Notes under the pieces: model-generated
Seen by the model: only the letters and a program-made list of their open reading frames with translations
Told to the model about the DNA's origin: nothing
The model's database searches: none
Shown: one piece after another, positions 1-9,489 of the stretch
Position numbering within the stretch: position 1 is the first letter of the stretch
Layout of the letters: each line of letters begins with the position of its first letter
Made by a program: the position numbers and the translations under genes
Assembly: GCA_963808975.1 (NCBI GenBank)
Contig: CAWEHR010000001.1
Location: 229,908 to 293,907 of the forward strand
Reading direction: 5' to 3'
From: an uncultured Gammaproteobacteria bacterium
GTDB lineage: Bacteria; Pseudomonadota; Gammaproteobacteria; Pseudomonadales; JAHEGP01
Length of the DNA stretch: 64,000 bases

Positions 1-896
1 CACAGCGAGCGATTGATGCCCCAGCGTGTCATCAATGGGATCGCCATCATGCCGCCGATTATTGATGGCCACAGCGCCGCATTCTTGGCAATGATACCAA
101 TCTCCTTCAGCTCGAAGCCCAGGTCGATGTAAAACGTGGTCGATAGCGCCGTGGCCATGTTGTCACCCAACTTGTAGAGGAACATGAACAGCAAAATCTC
201 AACACTGACCAGGCCGCCAAAGCGTCGCAGGAAATCCTTGAAGGGCTCTACCACGGCGATCCGGAGTGACGCAGGACGCTGCTCGGCCGGCACGGTGTCC
301 GTCACGCTCAAGGTCAATATCACCCCCACCGACATACAGCAGGCAACCGCCAGGAAAACGCTTTGCCAGGGAATGTAGTCGGCGAGGATCAGGGCCAGCC
401 CCCCGGGCACGAGACCGGCTATCCGATAGGCCTGGACATGTATCGAATTGCCCGTGGCCAGTTCGTCATCGCGCAGGTATTCGCGCCGAAAGGCGTCCAG
501 TACCACATCCTGGCTGGCACTGAGAAACGCCATGGCCAGGGCGATATAGGCGATGGGCCAGAGCGAGTCGCGGGGGTCGAGCCAGCCGATCAATGCAATC
601 GACACCCCGATTCCCAACTGGGTGATCAACATCCAGCCGCGTCGATGACCGAGCACCGGAAAAGAATAGCGGTCCATCAATGGCGACCAGATAAATTTCC
701 ACGAGTAGGGAATGCCGACCAGCGCGAAAAAACCGATCTCCTTGAGGCCGATGCTCTCGGTGCGCAACCAGGCCGGAATGAGCTGGTAGATCACATACAG
801 GGGCAGCCCGGAACTAAACCCGGTGAGTACACACACCAACATGCGACGATTGAATATCGTCGCCCAAAATTCACGCTGGGACTGTTTGGGGGGCAT
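1..896 (-). CDS. ampG: AmpG-family muropeptide MFS permease; N-terminal part only, gene runs off the left edge
   Basis: My own minus-strand translation from ATG (complement of 894-896): MPPKQSQREFWATIFNRRMLVCVLTGFSSGLPLYV...WKFIWSPLMDRY...ASQDVVLDAF...LYKLGDNMA. This matches the AmpG motif pattern GFSSGLPL / FLWSPLMDRY / SQD / LYKLGD. It is open to the window edge, so it is absent from the ORF track. Confidence 0.7.
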   Translation of the reverse strand, partial: MPPKQSQREFWATIFNRRMLVCVLTGFSSGLPLYVIYQLIPAWLRTESIGLKEIGFFALVGIPYSWKFIWSPLMDRYSFPVLGHRRGWMLITQLGIGVSIALIGWLDPRDSLWPIAYIALAMAFLSASQDVVLDAFRREYLRDDELATGNSIHVQAYRIAGLVPGGLALILADYIPWQSVFLAVACCMSVGVILTLSVTDTVPAEQRPASLRIAVVEPFKDFLRRFGGLVSVEILLFMFLYKLGDNMATALSTTFYIDLGFELKEIGIIAKNAALWPSIIGGMMAIPLMTRWGINRSL

Positions 897-1098
897 ATTG
901 AGGCGGGGGGAACTCCGGTTTCGATTATCCAATAGTGGCAAGCACGGCTCAGTTTGCAAGCAAAAAGCACGGGTTTCCGGCGCGGTATCAGCCCGCCGAA
1001 CCCGGGCCGCTGCGCGCTGGCCGCACAGCCGCTGCATGCCGGCAGCGGGAATGATACTTGCTTTGGCCCGGACGCGTCAGCAAAACTTCTTTGGGTCG

Positions 1099-1695
1099 TC
1101 AGTTACTGGCATCGTCGGCTCCTGCCGCCAAGTGGTGGGCAGCACTGCTGAATACCACCTCGGTCGTCGCCAGCCGCCGGTAGAGGGCCAGGTTTTTGCT
1201 CTTCGGCAGCCAATCAATCAGGAACCCGGCGAGGGATTCCCACAACGACACCCAGGCTGCGACCGTCAATCCCTCGCTGAGCACACTCGCCAGCGCGGAG
1301 GGTTCCTCGCCCAACCATTGCCTGAGCCAAACCGAAGCCAACAGAATCGTCACGCCCAGCGCAAAAAAGAGCAGTGAACGGCGAATCAACTGGGCGTGCT
1401 CGCGCTCCTCCACTGCAGCACGGTAGACAAAATAATTCCTTATCCCCCCCTTGATGCGGCCAAGCATCGTGTCATCGGGCGGGGCTGCCAGTGACACCCG
1501 AATCGCAAACGGTTCATCGCCCAATTCCCTGGCGCACTCAATGATGTAATTGACAAGGTCCTCATCGAGGTCGCGTCGGCTGTAGGGAGAACTGCGGTCG
1601 AAAACATTGTAAAGATCTTCAGCCCTGCTCGCAGAAACATCCACCAAAACGTTCCCGGCCAGGTCTTTGTTATAGCGATTAACACTCGTCGTCAT
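1099..1695 (-). CDS. hypothetical membrane protein with two C-terminal TM segments
   Basis: ORF 1099..1818. The internal start MTTSVNRY at 1695 avoids overlapping the upstream gene. Hydrophobic stretches LLFFALGVTILLASVWL and LTVAAWVSLWESLAGFLI. No family recognised. Confidence 0.45.
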   Translation of the reverse strand: MTTSVNRYNKDLAGNVLVDVSASRAEDLYNVFDRSSPYSRRDLDEDLVNYIIECARELGDEPFAIRVSLAAPPDDTMLGRIKGGIRNYFVYRAAVEEREHAQLIRRSLLFFALGVTILLASVWLRQWLGEEPSALASVLSEGLTVAAWVSLWESLAGFLIDWLPKSKNLALYRRLATTEVVFSSAAHHLAAGADDASN

Positions 1696-1745
1696 CGTTC
1701 CCGAGCCGGGCCGCACTCGCCCTTTGGGGTTAGCAACAATAAACC

Positions 1746-2981
1746 TCAGGTCAACAGGGCCAATTGCCAAAATCCCGCGCACAGGCCGAGAACGGCGCCC
1801 ACTGCTATCAATTTCCACTCGTCTTCTTCTATCACCGGGTGCAACAGTTCGAAAAACTCCTCCGGTGGCAGGTTGCCGACGCGCTCCGCGATGGTGTTTT
1901 CTATGTCGAACATCGCGTCGATCTGGCGATAGGCTCGCTTGTCGAGGTTCTGAAACTCGTCGAAGGCGCGCTCGGAAATGATGCTGCTGATCTTGGCGTA
2001 CTCCCTGGGGCCCATCGACATCACGGTAAGCGGCTTGAGCACACCCTGTGACTCCTCGATGGCAACCCTGACCTCGCGCTGGATCAGTTGTTGCAGGCGC
2101 GCCACTGAACTGGGCTTTTTCAGCATCTCGTTAATGACCACTTCGGCGGTAATCAAATCGTTGGCGAAGACCTCGCCGTAGTAGCGCGACACTTCCTTTT
2201 GGCGCTTGATAAACAGGCCCTGGATGGTGAAAGGACCGACCTTGACCGGGTTCAAGGGCTTTTGCACCATGTAGATTGCCAGGGCGTTGGTGATGTATCC
2301 CACCATCCCGCCAAACAACGGGAGCAGCCACCACGCGGGATAGTAGTACCAGATAAACATGACGGGAATGCCCAGCGGAAAACCGAAGTAAAACCCGCTG
2401 CGTTCGATGAACTTGAACTCCCGGTAGGCTGCAGTCATGAATATGTCGACCAGCATTTTCTTGTTGTCACCGAGCTTCTCAATGATCACCTCATTGATGT
2501 CCATCAGCTCGTCTGCGTTTTCCCGCATATCCTCAACGATGCTCTCCAGAACATCGGGCAGATTGCCTTTCACTTGCGAGTAGACTCTCTTTTTCACCCA
2601 GTGGGGCGAGGCACTCCAGACAAAATTGCCTACCGGCAAGCCGTAGTTGGACGTGCCGGTCATCACTTCGTCGACAATCTCCTCGATAACGGGCTCCAGT
2701 CGGTAGTTGACCTCTTTCATCCATTTAACCGCGTCAATGCGATCCAGCAACTCGTCCTGGGTCAACACCCGCTTGATGCTGTGGTCGACCACGACCCGCG
2801 CCATCTTTTCAGCGTTGGCCGGTACCACACCCTGCCAGCCGATGGGGCCGATACCCTTGAATTCCAGCGGCCACATCATCATTCTCACCGCCAGCCAATT
2901 GGTGATGTAGCCGACAAAGGCGCTGACCACGGGAATAGTGAGGTATGTCCAGTATTCCTGGAGAAAAGCTTGGATCGACAT
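1746..2981 (-). CDS. DUF445-family membrane protein
   Basis: 411-aa ORF. The GYITNWLAVRMMMWP and GYITNALAIYM motifs at both ends are typical of DUF445 (YjiN-like) proteins. Confidence 0.7.
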   Translation of the reverse strand: MSIQAFLQEYWTYLTIPVVSAFVGYITNWLAVRMMMWPLEFKGIGPIGWQGVVPANAEKMARVVVDHSIKRVLTQDELLDRIDAVKWMKEVNYRLEPVIEEIVDEVMTGTSNYGLPVGNFVWSASPHWVKKRVYSQVKGNLPDVLESIVEDMRENADELMDINEVIIEKLGDNKKMLVDIFMTAAYREFKFIERSGFYFGFPLGIPVMFIWYYYPAWWLLPLFGGMVGYITNALAIYMVQKPLNPVKVGPFTIQGLFIKRQKEVSRYYGEVFANDLITAEVVINEMLKKPSSVARLQQLIQREVRVAIEESQGVLKPLTVMSMGPREYAKISSIISERAFDEFQNLDKRAYRQIDAMFDIENTIAERVGNLPPEEFFELLHPVIEEDEWKLIAVGAVLGLCAGFWQLALLT

Positions 2982-3063
2982 AGTACTTTCCTAAAGACCG
3001 GTTGGTGGAGCCTGGTCGGGGGTCACCGCGTCCGCCGATAGACGAGGGCTAGAACCCCCGCTA

Positions 3064-4233
3064 TCACTTGCGGTTGCGACCGTATTGATCATGACTGGAA
3101 ACCCAGTCGCCCGCAACGATCGCGGCTCCCAAGGAAAACTCGCCGCACAAAACCGACGCCCCTATGATCTCGGCCAGCTTGAGGGCCTTGCCCTGACCAT
3201 AGCAACCGAGTAACTCCAGGCATTCGCGCTGCGACGGCAAGGCTGTGCCGCCCCCGTAACTGGCGCAGATGAGGGACGGTATCGTCAGGCCAACGTAGTA
3301 GTTGCCGCCCTCATCCAGCTCTGCGTAGGATACGATGGACGACGACTCGGCGACATTGGCAACATCCTGCCCGGTGGCAATGAAGATCGCGGTGATGCCG
3401 TTGGCGGAATGCAGGCCGTTGTTGACGGCCCCGGCCATGAACACGCCCTGCTGCCCGACCAACCGCATCCTCATCAGCGTCTCGGTGGGCAGACCCATTT
3501 CCTCGAGCATCAGGTCTCGGGGTATCGTCGCCTCGACGATCACCCGCTTGCCCCGGCTGTGAAGCGTATTAAGCTGCGAATGCTTCTTGTCGGTATCCAT
3601 CCCCCCCGACAACAGGTACCTCTGCACACCCGGGTAATGCTGCTTGATCCACTCACAGGCGAAATAGGTGGCCTTGCCCACCATGTTCTGGCCGGCGGCA
3701 TCGCCGGTGGTGAAATTGAAGCGGCAGTGAAGCATGCGAGCAGCCTGGTACTGCTCGATGTTGCGCAGCTTGCCCACCTTGGTGCTGCTTTCGGCAGCCG
3801 CCTTCACCCCATCGAAATTGTCGACCAGCCAGCGGCCAAACTCGCGGGCGGCGCGGGCGTCGTCGAAAACAAACACCGGCGCCCGCTGCATGGCATCATC
3901 CACCACGGTAGCCTTGACGCCGCCGGCCTTGCGCAGCAGCCGCATGCCACGATTGTAGCTGGCAACCAGGGTTCCCTCCGAGGTCGCCATGGGCACGTAA
4001 AACTCTCCCCTGGCATGCTCTCCGTTTACCACCAAAGGTCCGGCCAGGCCAATGGGGACCTGCGCGACGCCCATAAAGTTCTCAATATTGCCGGCAGTTA
4101 CCGCCGGGTCGAATGAATAGGCAGCGAGGTGCTCGAACTTGACTCCGCTTCGGGCCGATGCAAACTCGCGGCGCTGCGCCGCCATGGCCTCGGTATGGTC
4201 CTGTTGTTTGTCCCTCGGTATCCGGCTTCCCAT
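3064..4233 (-). CDS. hydroxymethylglutaryl-CoA reductase, soluble class-I-like (copy 1)
   Basis: 389-aa ORF with HMGR blocks GNIENFMGVAQVPIGLAGP, YVPMATSEGTLVASYNRG, TTGDAAGQNMVGKAT, DTDKK, YGGGTALPSQ and C-terminal WVSSHD. No membrane anchor. Confidence 0.85.
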   Translation of the reverse strand: MGSRIPRDKQQDHTEAMAAQRREFASARSGVKFEHLAAYSFDPAVTAGNIENFMGVAQVPIGLAGPLVVNGEHARGEFYVPMATSEGTLVASYNRGMRLLRKAGGVKATVVDDAMQRAPVFVFDDARAAREFGRWLVDNFDGVKAAAESSTKVGKLRNIEQYQAARMLHCRFNFTTGDAAGQNMVGKATYFACEWIKQHYPGVQRYLLSGGMDTDKKHSQLNTLHSRGKRVIVEATIPRDLMLEEMGLPTETLMRMRLVGQQGVFMAGAVNNGLHSANGITAIFIATGQDVANVAESSSIVSYAELDEGGNYYVGLTIPSLICASYGGGTALPSQRECLELLGCYGQGKALKLAEIIGASVLCGEFSLGAAIVAGDWVSSHDQYGRNRK

Positions 4234-4343
4234 GGTACTCTGACCTCATTATTGTTGTTGTCGGCTAGGCAGCTTGCTGCAGAAGTGGCACCTGCCGCGC
4301 TAAAAATGGCCTCAAAATGCTCATTGACTACGGGCGTACACTC

Positions 4344-4826
4344 TTAGTCGCGAAAGTTGACGAATTGCAGGGGCTGCCCCAGTTCCAGTTCCCGCAGGCT
4401 CGCCATCAATTGCTGCAGATCATCGCGTTTTTTGCCGCTAATGCGGACCTGATCGTCCTGGATAACGGCCTGTAGCTTGAGCTTGCTTTCCTTCACCTGC
4501 CGGACGATTTTCTTTGCCTGCTCCTTGTCCAGCCCATGTCGCAGGGTGATCGACTGCTTGACCAGCTTGCCCGACTGCTGGCTGTCGCCGATTTCCATCG
4601 CCAGGGGGTCGATCTTGCACTTCACCAGACTCGCCCTGAGCATATCGACCATTTGCTGCAATTGGAAATCCGCCTCCGCATGCAACGCGATCACCCGGTC
4701 GTCGAGCTCGAAACCGGCATCGATCCCCTTGAAATCGAAACGATTGTTAACCACCCGCGCAGCCTGATCAACCGCGTTGGTCAACTGGTGCGTATCAACT
4801 TCGGAAACAACATCAAAACTTGGCAT
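4344..4826 (-). CDS. yajQ: YajQ-family nucleotide / cyclic-di-GMP-binding protein
   Basis: MPSFDVVSEVDTHQLTNAVDQAARVVNNRFDFKG... is the canonical YajQ N-terminus. The start is taken at the internal M of ORF 4344..4868, giving 160 aa. Confidence 0.85.
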   Translation of the reverse strand: MPSFDVVSEVDTHQLTNAVDQAARVVNNRFDFKGIDAGFELDDRVIALHAEADFQLQQMVDMLRASLVKCKIDPLAMEIGDSQQSGKLVKQSITLRHGLDKEQAKKIVRQVKESKLKLQAVIQDDQVRISGKKRDDLQQLMASLRELELGQPLQFVNFRD

Positions 4827-4914
4827 AATAGCTATTCCGCTTGCTGTCCTGCTTTTTTCAGGATCCACCAGGGCCGTTGAAATATGTCGCTAACCGCCGA
4901 CACTGCTACGTTAG

Positions 4915-5889
4915 ATGAAAGCTAATCGCCAGTCAAAAGCCTGGCATTTTATCGGCGCCGGCGCGCTGGGCTGCCTGTGGATCCACCACTGCCGCGCAGG
5001 CGGCCTGGACCTGACCCTGCTGCTGCGCAATGAACAACGCCTGGCGCAGTTCAAGCGAGCCGGCGGGGTGGCGCTGGCGCAAAATGGCGGGACTGACCTA
5101 CAAAACTGCGTCGCCCGAACGATGGAGCAAGCAGCGGCGCTGCAACCGCCCCAGTCTGTTCGGCAGCTCATACTCTGTTGTAAGGCCCAGCAGACTGCCG
5201 CGGCTTTCGCTGCGATTGCCACACTGCTGGCAAACGATGCGACTGTGCTGTTGTTGCAAAACGGGATGGGTGTCGCCGAGGAGCTGCTCGCTGCCCGGCC
5301 CGGGCTCAGGCTCTTCTGCGGTGTGAGTACCGACGGCGCTCACCTGGTTGCGCCCTTCACCGTTCAACGGGCCGGAGTCGGTAACACACGAATCGGGCTG
5401 TTTCCCGAAGAGCCGACCCTGGTGGCAAGTCGTAAACTGTGTGGCCAGTTGGATGTGCCCGGACTGACCCTGGAGCCCTGCGCCGACATAAGGCTGGCCC
5501 AATGGCAAAAATTGGCGGTGAATGCGGTGATCAACCCGCTGACGGCGCTGTACGACATTACTAATGGCGCTGTACTCACCAGCGCGGAACCCAGCGCATT
5601 GATAGCGCCACTGTGTGCCGAAATTGCCCGGGTCGCTGCCGCTGAAGGCGTCGCGCTGGATGCGGGGTCGATCAGGAGCGACGTGTATCGCGTATGCCAA
5701 CTGACCCGTGCAAACATCTCCTCGATGTTGCAGGATACTCGCCAGAACCGTGACACTGAGCTGGATTACATCAACGGCTACCTCCTGGGCCGGGCCGCTG
5801 AACACCGAATCGATATGCCGATCAACCGGCAGCTGATTGACAGGCTCAGGGCGCATCGACCACCACCACGCTCTGCCCCCAGCGCCTGA
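4915..5889 (+). CDS. panE: 2-dehydropantoate 2-reductase (ketopantoate reductase)
   Basis: N-terminal Rossmann motif IGAGALGC, then LLQNGMG, and a C-terminal block SSMLQDTRQNRDTELDYINGYLL typical of the ApbA/PanE family. Confidence 0.8.
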   Translation: MKANRQSKAWHFIGAGALGCLWIHHCRAGGLDLTLLLRNEQRLAQFKRAGGVALAQNGGTDLQNCVARTMEQAAALQPPQSVRQLILCCKAQQTAAAFAAIATLLANDATVLLLQNGMGVAEELLAARPGLRLFCGVSTDGAHLVAPFTVQRAGVGNTRIGLFPEEPTLVASRKLCGQLDVPGLTLEPCADIRLAQWQKLAVNAVINPLTALYDITNGAVLTSAEPSALIAPLCAEIARVAAAEGVALDAGSIRSDVYRVCQLTRANISSMLQDTRQNRDTELDYINGYLLGRAAEHRIDMPINRQLIDRLRAHRPPPRSAPSA

Positions 5890-6019
5890 TCTGCCGCTGA
5901 CACTGACGCGATAATCCTTGCCAAAAGCAAGCATATTCTCTAGTATCCGCCGCCTCGCATAAGGTTATCGCTTGTTGCCAGGCGATCAACGGCCCTTTTT
6001 CCAACGCCACAGTTGGGCG

Positions 6020-6195
6020 TAAATAAGGTGCCAAGGGAAGTCGGTGCGCCACCAGGCAATTCCGACGCTGCCCCCGCAACGGTAGGTGAGTCAAGGCACG
6101 TCTCAAAGCCACTGTATCGCAACGCCGATATGGGAAGGCGACTGCCCCGACAGACACAATGTCACTCACAAGCCCGGAGACCGACCCGTGCGTTC
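6020..6195 (+). promoter_or_regulatory. cobalamin (B12) riboswitch in the btuB leader
   Basis: Conserved core elements read directly: GGTGCCAAGGGAAGTCGGTG, AATTCCGAC, GCTGCCCCCGCAACGGTA, GCCACTG, GGGAAGGC, and the B12 box AAGCCCGGAGACCGACC. A GC hairpin at 6209-6238 (GGGCGGT...ACCGCCC) lies before the start codon as a plausible expression platform. Confidence 0.8.
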
Positions 6196-6304
6196 CACAA
6201 GGCTGCGGCGGGCGGTCGAGTTGGCGCACCAACCGCCCTCTCACTCCCTCTGCAGTCCTCGAAGCCACGTCGGTACTCGGGCGGAGTATCCAGGGAGAGC
6301 CAAC

Positions 6305-8275
6305 ATGCCAATGCGCCGTGCGCCTTTTTGTTCCTGTCTTGTCATTTTCTTCAGTAGCCCGCAATTCGCCGGCGCAGCCAGCGCCGAAGAGGGCGAGCAG
6401 GCTCCGGAAGTCATGGTGGTCACCGCATCACGCAACCCGCTGCCGTTGCAGGACGTCACCGGATCAGTATCGGTGTTTGGTGACGCCGACATCGACAACC
6501 GCAAACCGCTGGTGGTGGCGGACATTCTGCGCAGCTCACCCGGTGTCGCCATCAACCGCGCCGGCGGGTTTGGCAGCTTTACCCAGGCCCGTATTCGTGG
6601 TGCCGAGGCCAATCATGTTCTGGTTTTGATCGACGGCGTGGAGGCGAATGACGTCGGCATCGGCAGCGAATTCAACTTTGCCAACGTGCTAGCCCAGGAT
6701 ATCCAGCAGATCGAAGTACTGCGGGGCCCGCAGAGCTCGCTCTGGGGCAGCGGCGCTGTGGCGGGAGTCATCAGTATTACCACGGCCCAGACCGAGCGGC
6801 CTTTCGTTGCCGGGGGCTACCTGGAGGGCGGCTCCTTCGAGACCTACAGTGCCGGCCTGAACCTGGGCGGGGCGGGAGAAAGATTCAACTACCGTATCAG
6901 TGCCGACTTTGCCGACAGCGAGGGCGAAAATATCGCCACCGAGGGAAGCGAAAAAGACGGCTATACCAACAAGACCCTCAATATCCGTGCCGGCTATGAA
7001 TTCACCGACAACCTTGACATCCGCGGCAGTTACCGCCGCACCGAGGCAGACCGGGATTTCGACGGTACCAGCTTCATCACTGGCTTGCCTGAAGACGCAG
7101 ACAAGAAAACCGAAGGCACATTCGACTACGCGGGATTGACCGCAAGCCTTGCGTCTTTTGACCGTAGCTGGGTCAACACCCTGGGCATCACCTACAACAA
7201 ATCCGTCAGCGAAAATATCAGCGAAGGACTGCTCGATACGGGCACCGAGGGAACCAAGACACGCAGCTATTGGCAGTCCACCTGGATGCCGGGGGGTGAC
7301 GATAACAACCGGCTGACAATGGTGCTCGAGCAGACCCGGGAAACGTTCCGACAATCTGCCACTGATACCAGTTTTGGTGATCCCAACCGCGACCTGTCGC
7401 AAACCAATCGCGCCCTGGTGGGTGAATACCTGCATGCCTGGAACAGCCCCTGGCGCCTGTCGCTCAGCGCCCGCCACGACGCCAACGAAGACTTCGAGGA
7501 TGCCAACACCTACCGCGCGGGAATCCTCTACGACCAACTGCAACAGCAGGGCTGGCAGCTTCGCGCATCCTACGGTACCGGCGTCAAGAACCCCACCTTT
7601 GTCGAACGCTACGGCTACTACGAGGTGGGTGGACCGGCCTTCGTCGGCAACCCGAACCTGAAACCGGAGAAGTCCCGCAGCTGGGAACTGGGCACCACCT
7701 TGAAGACCCGCAACGATTTCATGCAGTTGGATTTCACCTATTTCAACGAGCGCCTGGAGGATGAGATCAACGGTTTTTATTTCGATCCCTCCGTGGGCGA
7801 TGCGGGCGCCAACACCGCTGTCAACCTTGACGGCACCAGTAAACGGGACGGAATCGAGACCGCCGCCCGCTTTATTTTTAGCGAGGATCTCTCCCTCTAC
7901 CTCGCCTATACCTACCTCGACGCTTACCAGCCCGAGGTCGCTGGCAGCGCAGACCAGGAAATACGCAGGCCCCGCAATATCGCCAGCGGCAACCTCAACT
8001 ATCTATTTTTCAATCAACGCGGCAAGTTGAATATCAATGTCGACTACAACGGCAAGCAGGAGGATATTTTCTTTGGTCCGCCAACCTTCAACCAGCGGGT
8101 GACGCTGGATGCCTACACCCTTGTAGGTGCAATGCTTTCATACCGTGTGCTCGACAGCCTCGAAGTGTATGCCCGGGGCGAAAACCTGCTGGGCAAGGAG
8201 TACCAGGAGGTTTTCGGTTTCGACGGCCAGGGGCGCGCGGGTTACCTCGGCATCCGCGCCAATTGGTCGTTGTAG
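6305..8275 (+). CDS. btuB: TonB-dependent vitamin B12 / cobalamin outer-membrane receptor
   Basis: Start taken at MPMRRAPFCSCLVIFFSSPQFAGAASA (signal peptide), 73 codons into ORF 6086..8275. TonB-box-like EVMVVTASR, plug motifs IEVLRGPQSSLWGSGAVAGVISI, and a beta-barrel C-terminus. Sits directly downstream of the B12 riboswitch. Confidence 0.8.
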   Translation: MPMRRAPFCSCLVIFFSSPQFAGAASAEEGEQAPEVMVVTASRNPLPLQDVTGSVSVFGDADIDNRKPLVVADILRSSPGVAINRAGGFGSFTQARIRGAEANHVLVLIDGVEANDVGIGSEFNFANVLAQDIQQIEVLRGPQSSLWGSGAVAGVISITTAQTERPFVAGGYLEGGSFETYSAGLNLGGAGERFNYRISADFADSEGENIATEGSEKDGYTNKTLNIRAGYEFTDNLDIRGSYRRTEADRDFDGTSFITGLPEDADKKTEGTFDYAGLTASLASFDRSWVNTLGITYNKSVSENISEGLLDTGTEGTKTRSYWQSTWMPGGDDNNRLTMVLEQTRETFRQSATDTSFGDPNRDLSQTNRALVGEYLHAWNSPWRLSLSARHDANEDFEDANTYRAGILYDQLQQQGWQLRASYGTGVKNPTFVERYGYYEVGGPAFVGNPNLKPEKSRSWELGTTLKTRNDFMQLDFTYFNERLEDEINGFYFDPSVGDAGANTAVNLDGTSKRDGIETAARFIFSEDLSLYLAYTYLDAYQPEVAGSADQEIRRPRNIASGNLNYLFFNQRGKLNINVDYNGKQEDIFFGPPTFNQRVTLDAYTLVGAMLSYRVLDSLEVYARGENLLGKEYQEVFGFDGQGRAGYLGIRANWSL

Positions 8276-8415
8276 GCTAACTGGGACAGGATTTGACACA
8301 CCGCCTCATGAATCGTTTTCAGCGGCGGGTTACACTAGCCATAGGAGAGCTACCCTCTTCGTGGGAGTGATACTGCGCGCGCCAGGCAGCGCAACAAAAA
8401 TCAGGATATCAGGTC

Positions 8416-8979
8416 ATGGGAAACAGGCTCAGCAAGATCTATACAAGGACCGGGGACGACGGCACCACCGGATTGGGCGACGGCTCGAGGATTACCAAGA
8501 ACGCGCAACGCATGATCGTCATCGGAGCCGTTGATGAACTCAATTGCCTGCTGGGAATGTTGCGCTGCGAACTGCCGGCCAACGATCCATTCGACGAGCA
8601 GTTGAGCGCCATCCAACATGACTTGTTTGACCTCGGCGGCGAACTTTCCATCCCCGGCTACATCATGTTGACCGCGGCCCGCATCGACTGGCTGGAGCAG
8701 TGCCTGGATGATATCAACGCCGACCTGCCACCACTGAAGAACTTTATCCTGCCGGGGGGCAACAGGGCCGGTGCCTGCTGCCATCTCGCCCGCGCCGTCT
8801 GCCGCCGCGCGGAGCGCGACATGGTTGCCCTGATGCAGGACTCCCAGGTAAACGAATGCGGTAACCGCTACCTGAACCGGCTGTCGGACCTGCTCTTTGT
8901 GATGGCTCGCTCACTGGTCAGGCGCGATGGCGGCAAGGAAGTGTTATGGCAGCAGAGTGAGGGTCATACGGTTCCATAA
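8416..8979 (+). CDS. ATP:cob(I)alamin adenosyltransferase, PduO/MMAB type
   Basis: The N-terminus KIYTRTGDDGTTGL plus DELN, LQHDLFDLGGEL, FILPGG, HLARAVCRRAER and NRLSDLLF are hallmark PduO-type motifs. Confidence 0.85.
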   Translation: MGNRLSKIYTRTGDDGTTGLGDGSRITKNAQRMIVIGAVDELNCLLGMLRCELPANDPFDEQLSAIQHDLFDLGGELSIPGYIMLTAARIDWLEQCLDDINADLPPLKNFILPGGNRAGACCHLARAVCRRAERDMVALMQDSQVNECGNRYLNRLSDLLFVMARSLVRRDGGKEVLWQQSEGHTVP

Positions 8980-9297
8980 ACATCATATTTCACAGCTCTC
9001 TGCCAGGCCAACACAGAGAAGCTGCTGATGGAGTCCCGCGAGGCCAATGCCCCTGACCGCGAGCGCCTGCAATAGCTGCGCACCGAAATAGGGGCCCAGC
9101 GGGACGACTTCGATGCGGGTACCGCGCAGGGAATTGCTGATGAAATCGGCCGGATCACCGGGCGCATGGTGTATCGGGCCAGTGAAACCTGGCCCCAGGT
9201 GTACCAGCTATTGGACGCCGAACAGCGGGCCGACTTGGACGCCATGATGGTGAAACGCGATACGCATCGCGGCAGGTGGCACAAGTACGGCGAGTGA
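8980..9297 (+). pseudogene. possible remnant of a CpxP/Spy-like periplasmic protein (3' fragment with an in-frame TAG)
   Basis: Frame 1 reads ...EKLLMESREANAPDRERLQ*LRTEIGAQRDDFDAGTAQGIADEIGRITGRMVYRASETWPQVYQLLDAEQRADLDAMMVKRDTHRGRWHKYGE*. The LLDAEQRADLDAMM style resembles the C-terminal helix of CpxP/Spy/ZraP proteins. There is no start codon or signal peptide, and a stop lies at 9073-9075. Confidence 0.3.
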
Positions 9298-9489
9298 TAG
9301 CTTGCAACCAAAGCTGCCGCTTTGCAAGCACGTCGATGGGACTACTCGCAACGTGACTTAGCAGAAGATGAAGTCCCGAAACAGAACGTCCAGGCGGGGC
9401 CAACGCACGGCGATAACCCCGGCCCGGGCGAGCTATCGACTTCGCCGAGTCGGTGCATTATGGTAAGCACTCATGTGGGAGTCTGCTTT

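Noticed and set aside
6086-6304. The N-terminal 73 codons of the long btuB ORF as listed in the track.
   Set aside because: This stretch is the cobalamin riboswitch and its expression platform. The signal peptide and TonB box begin at the internal Met at 6305.
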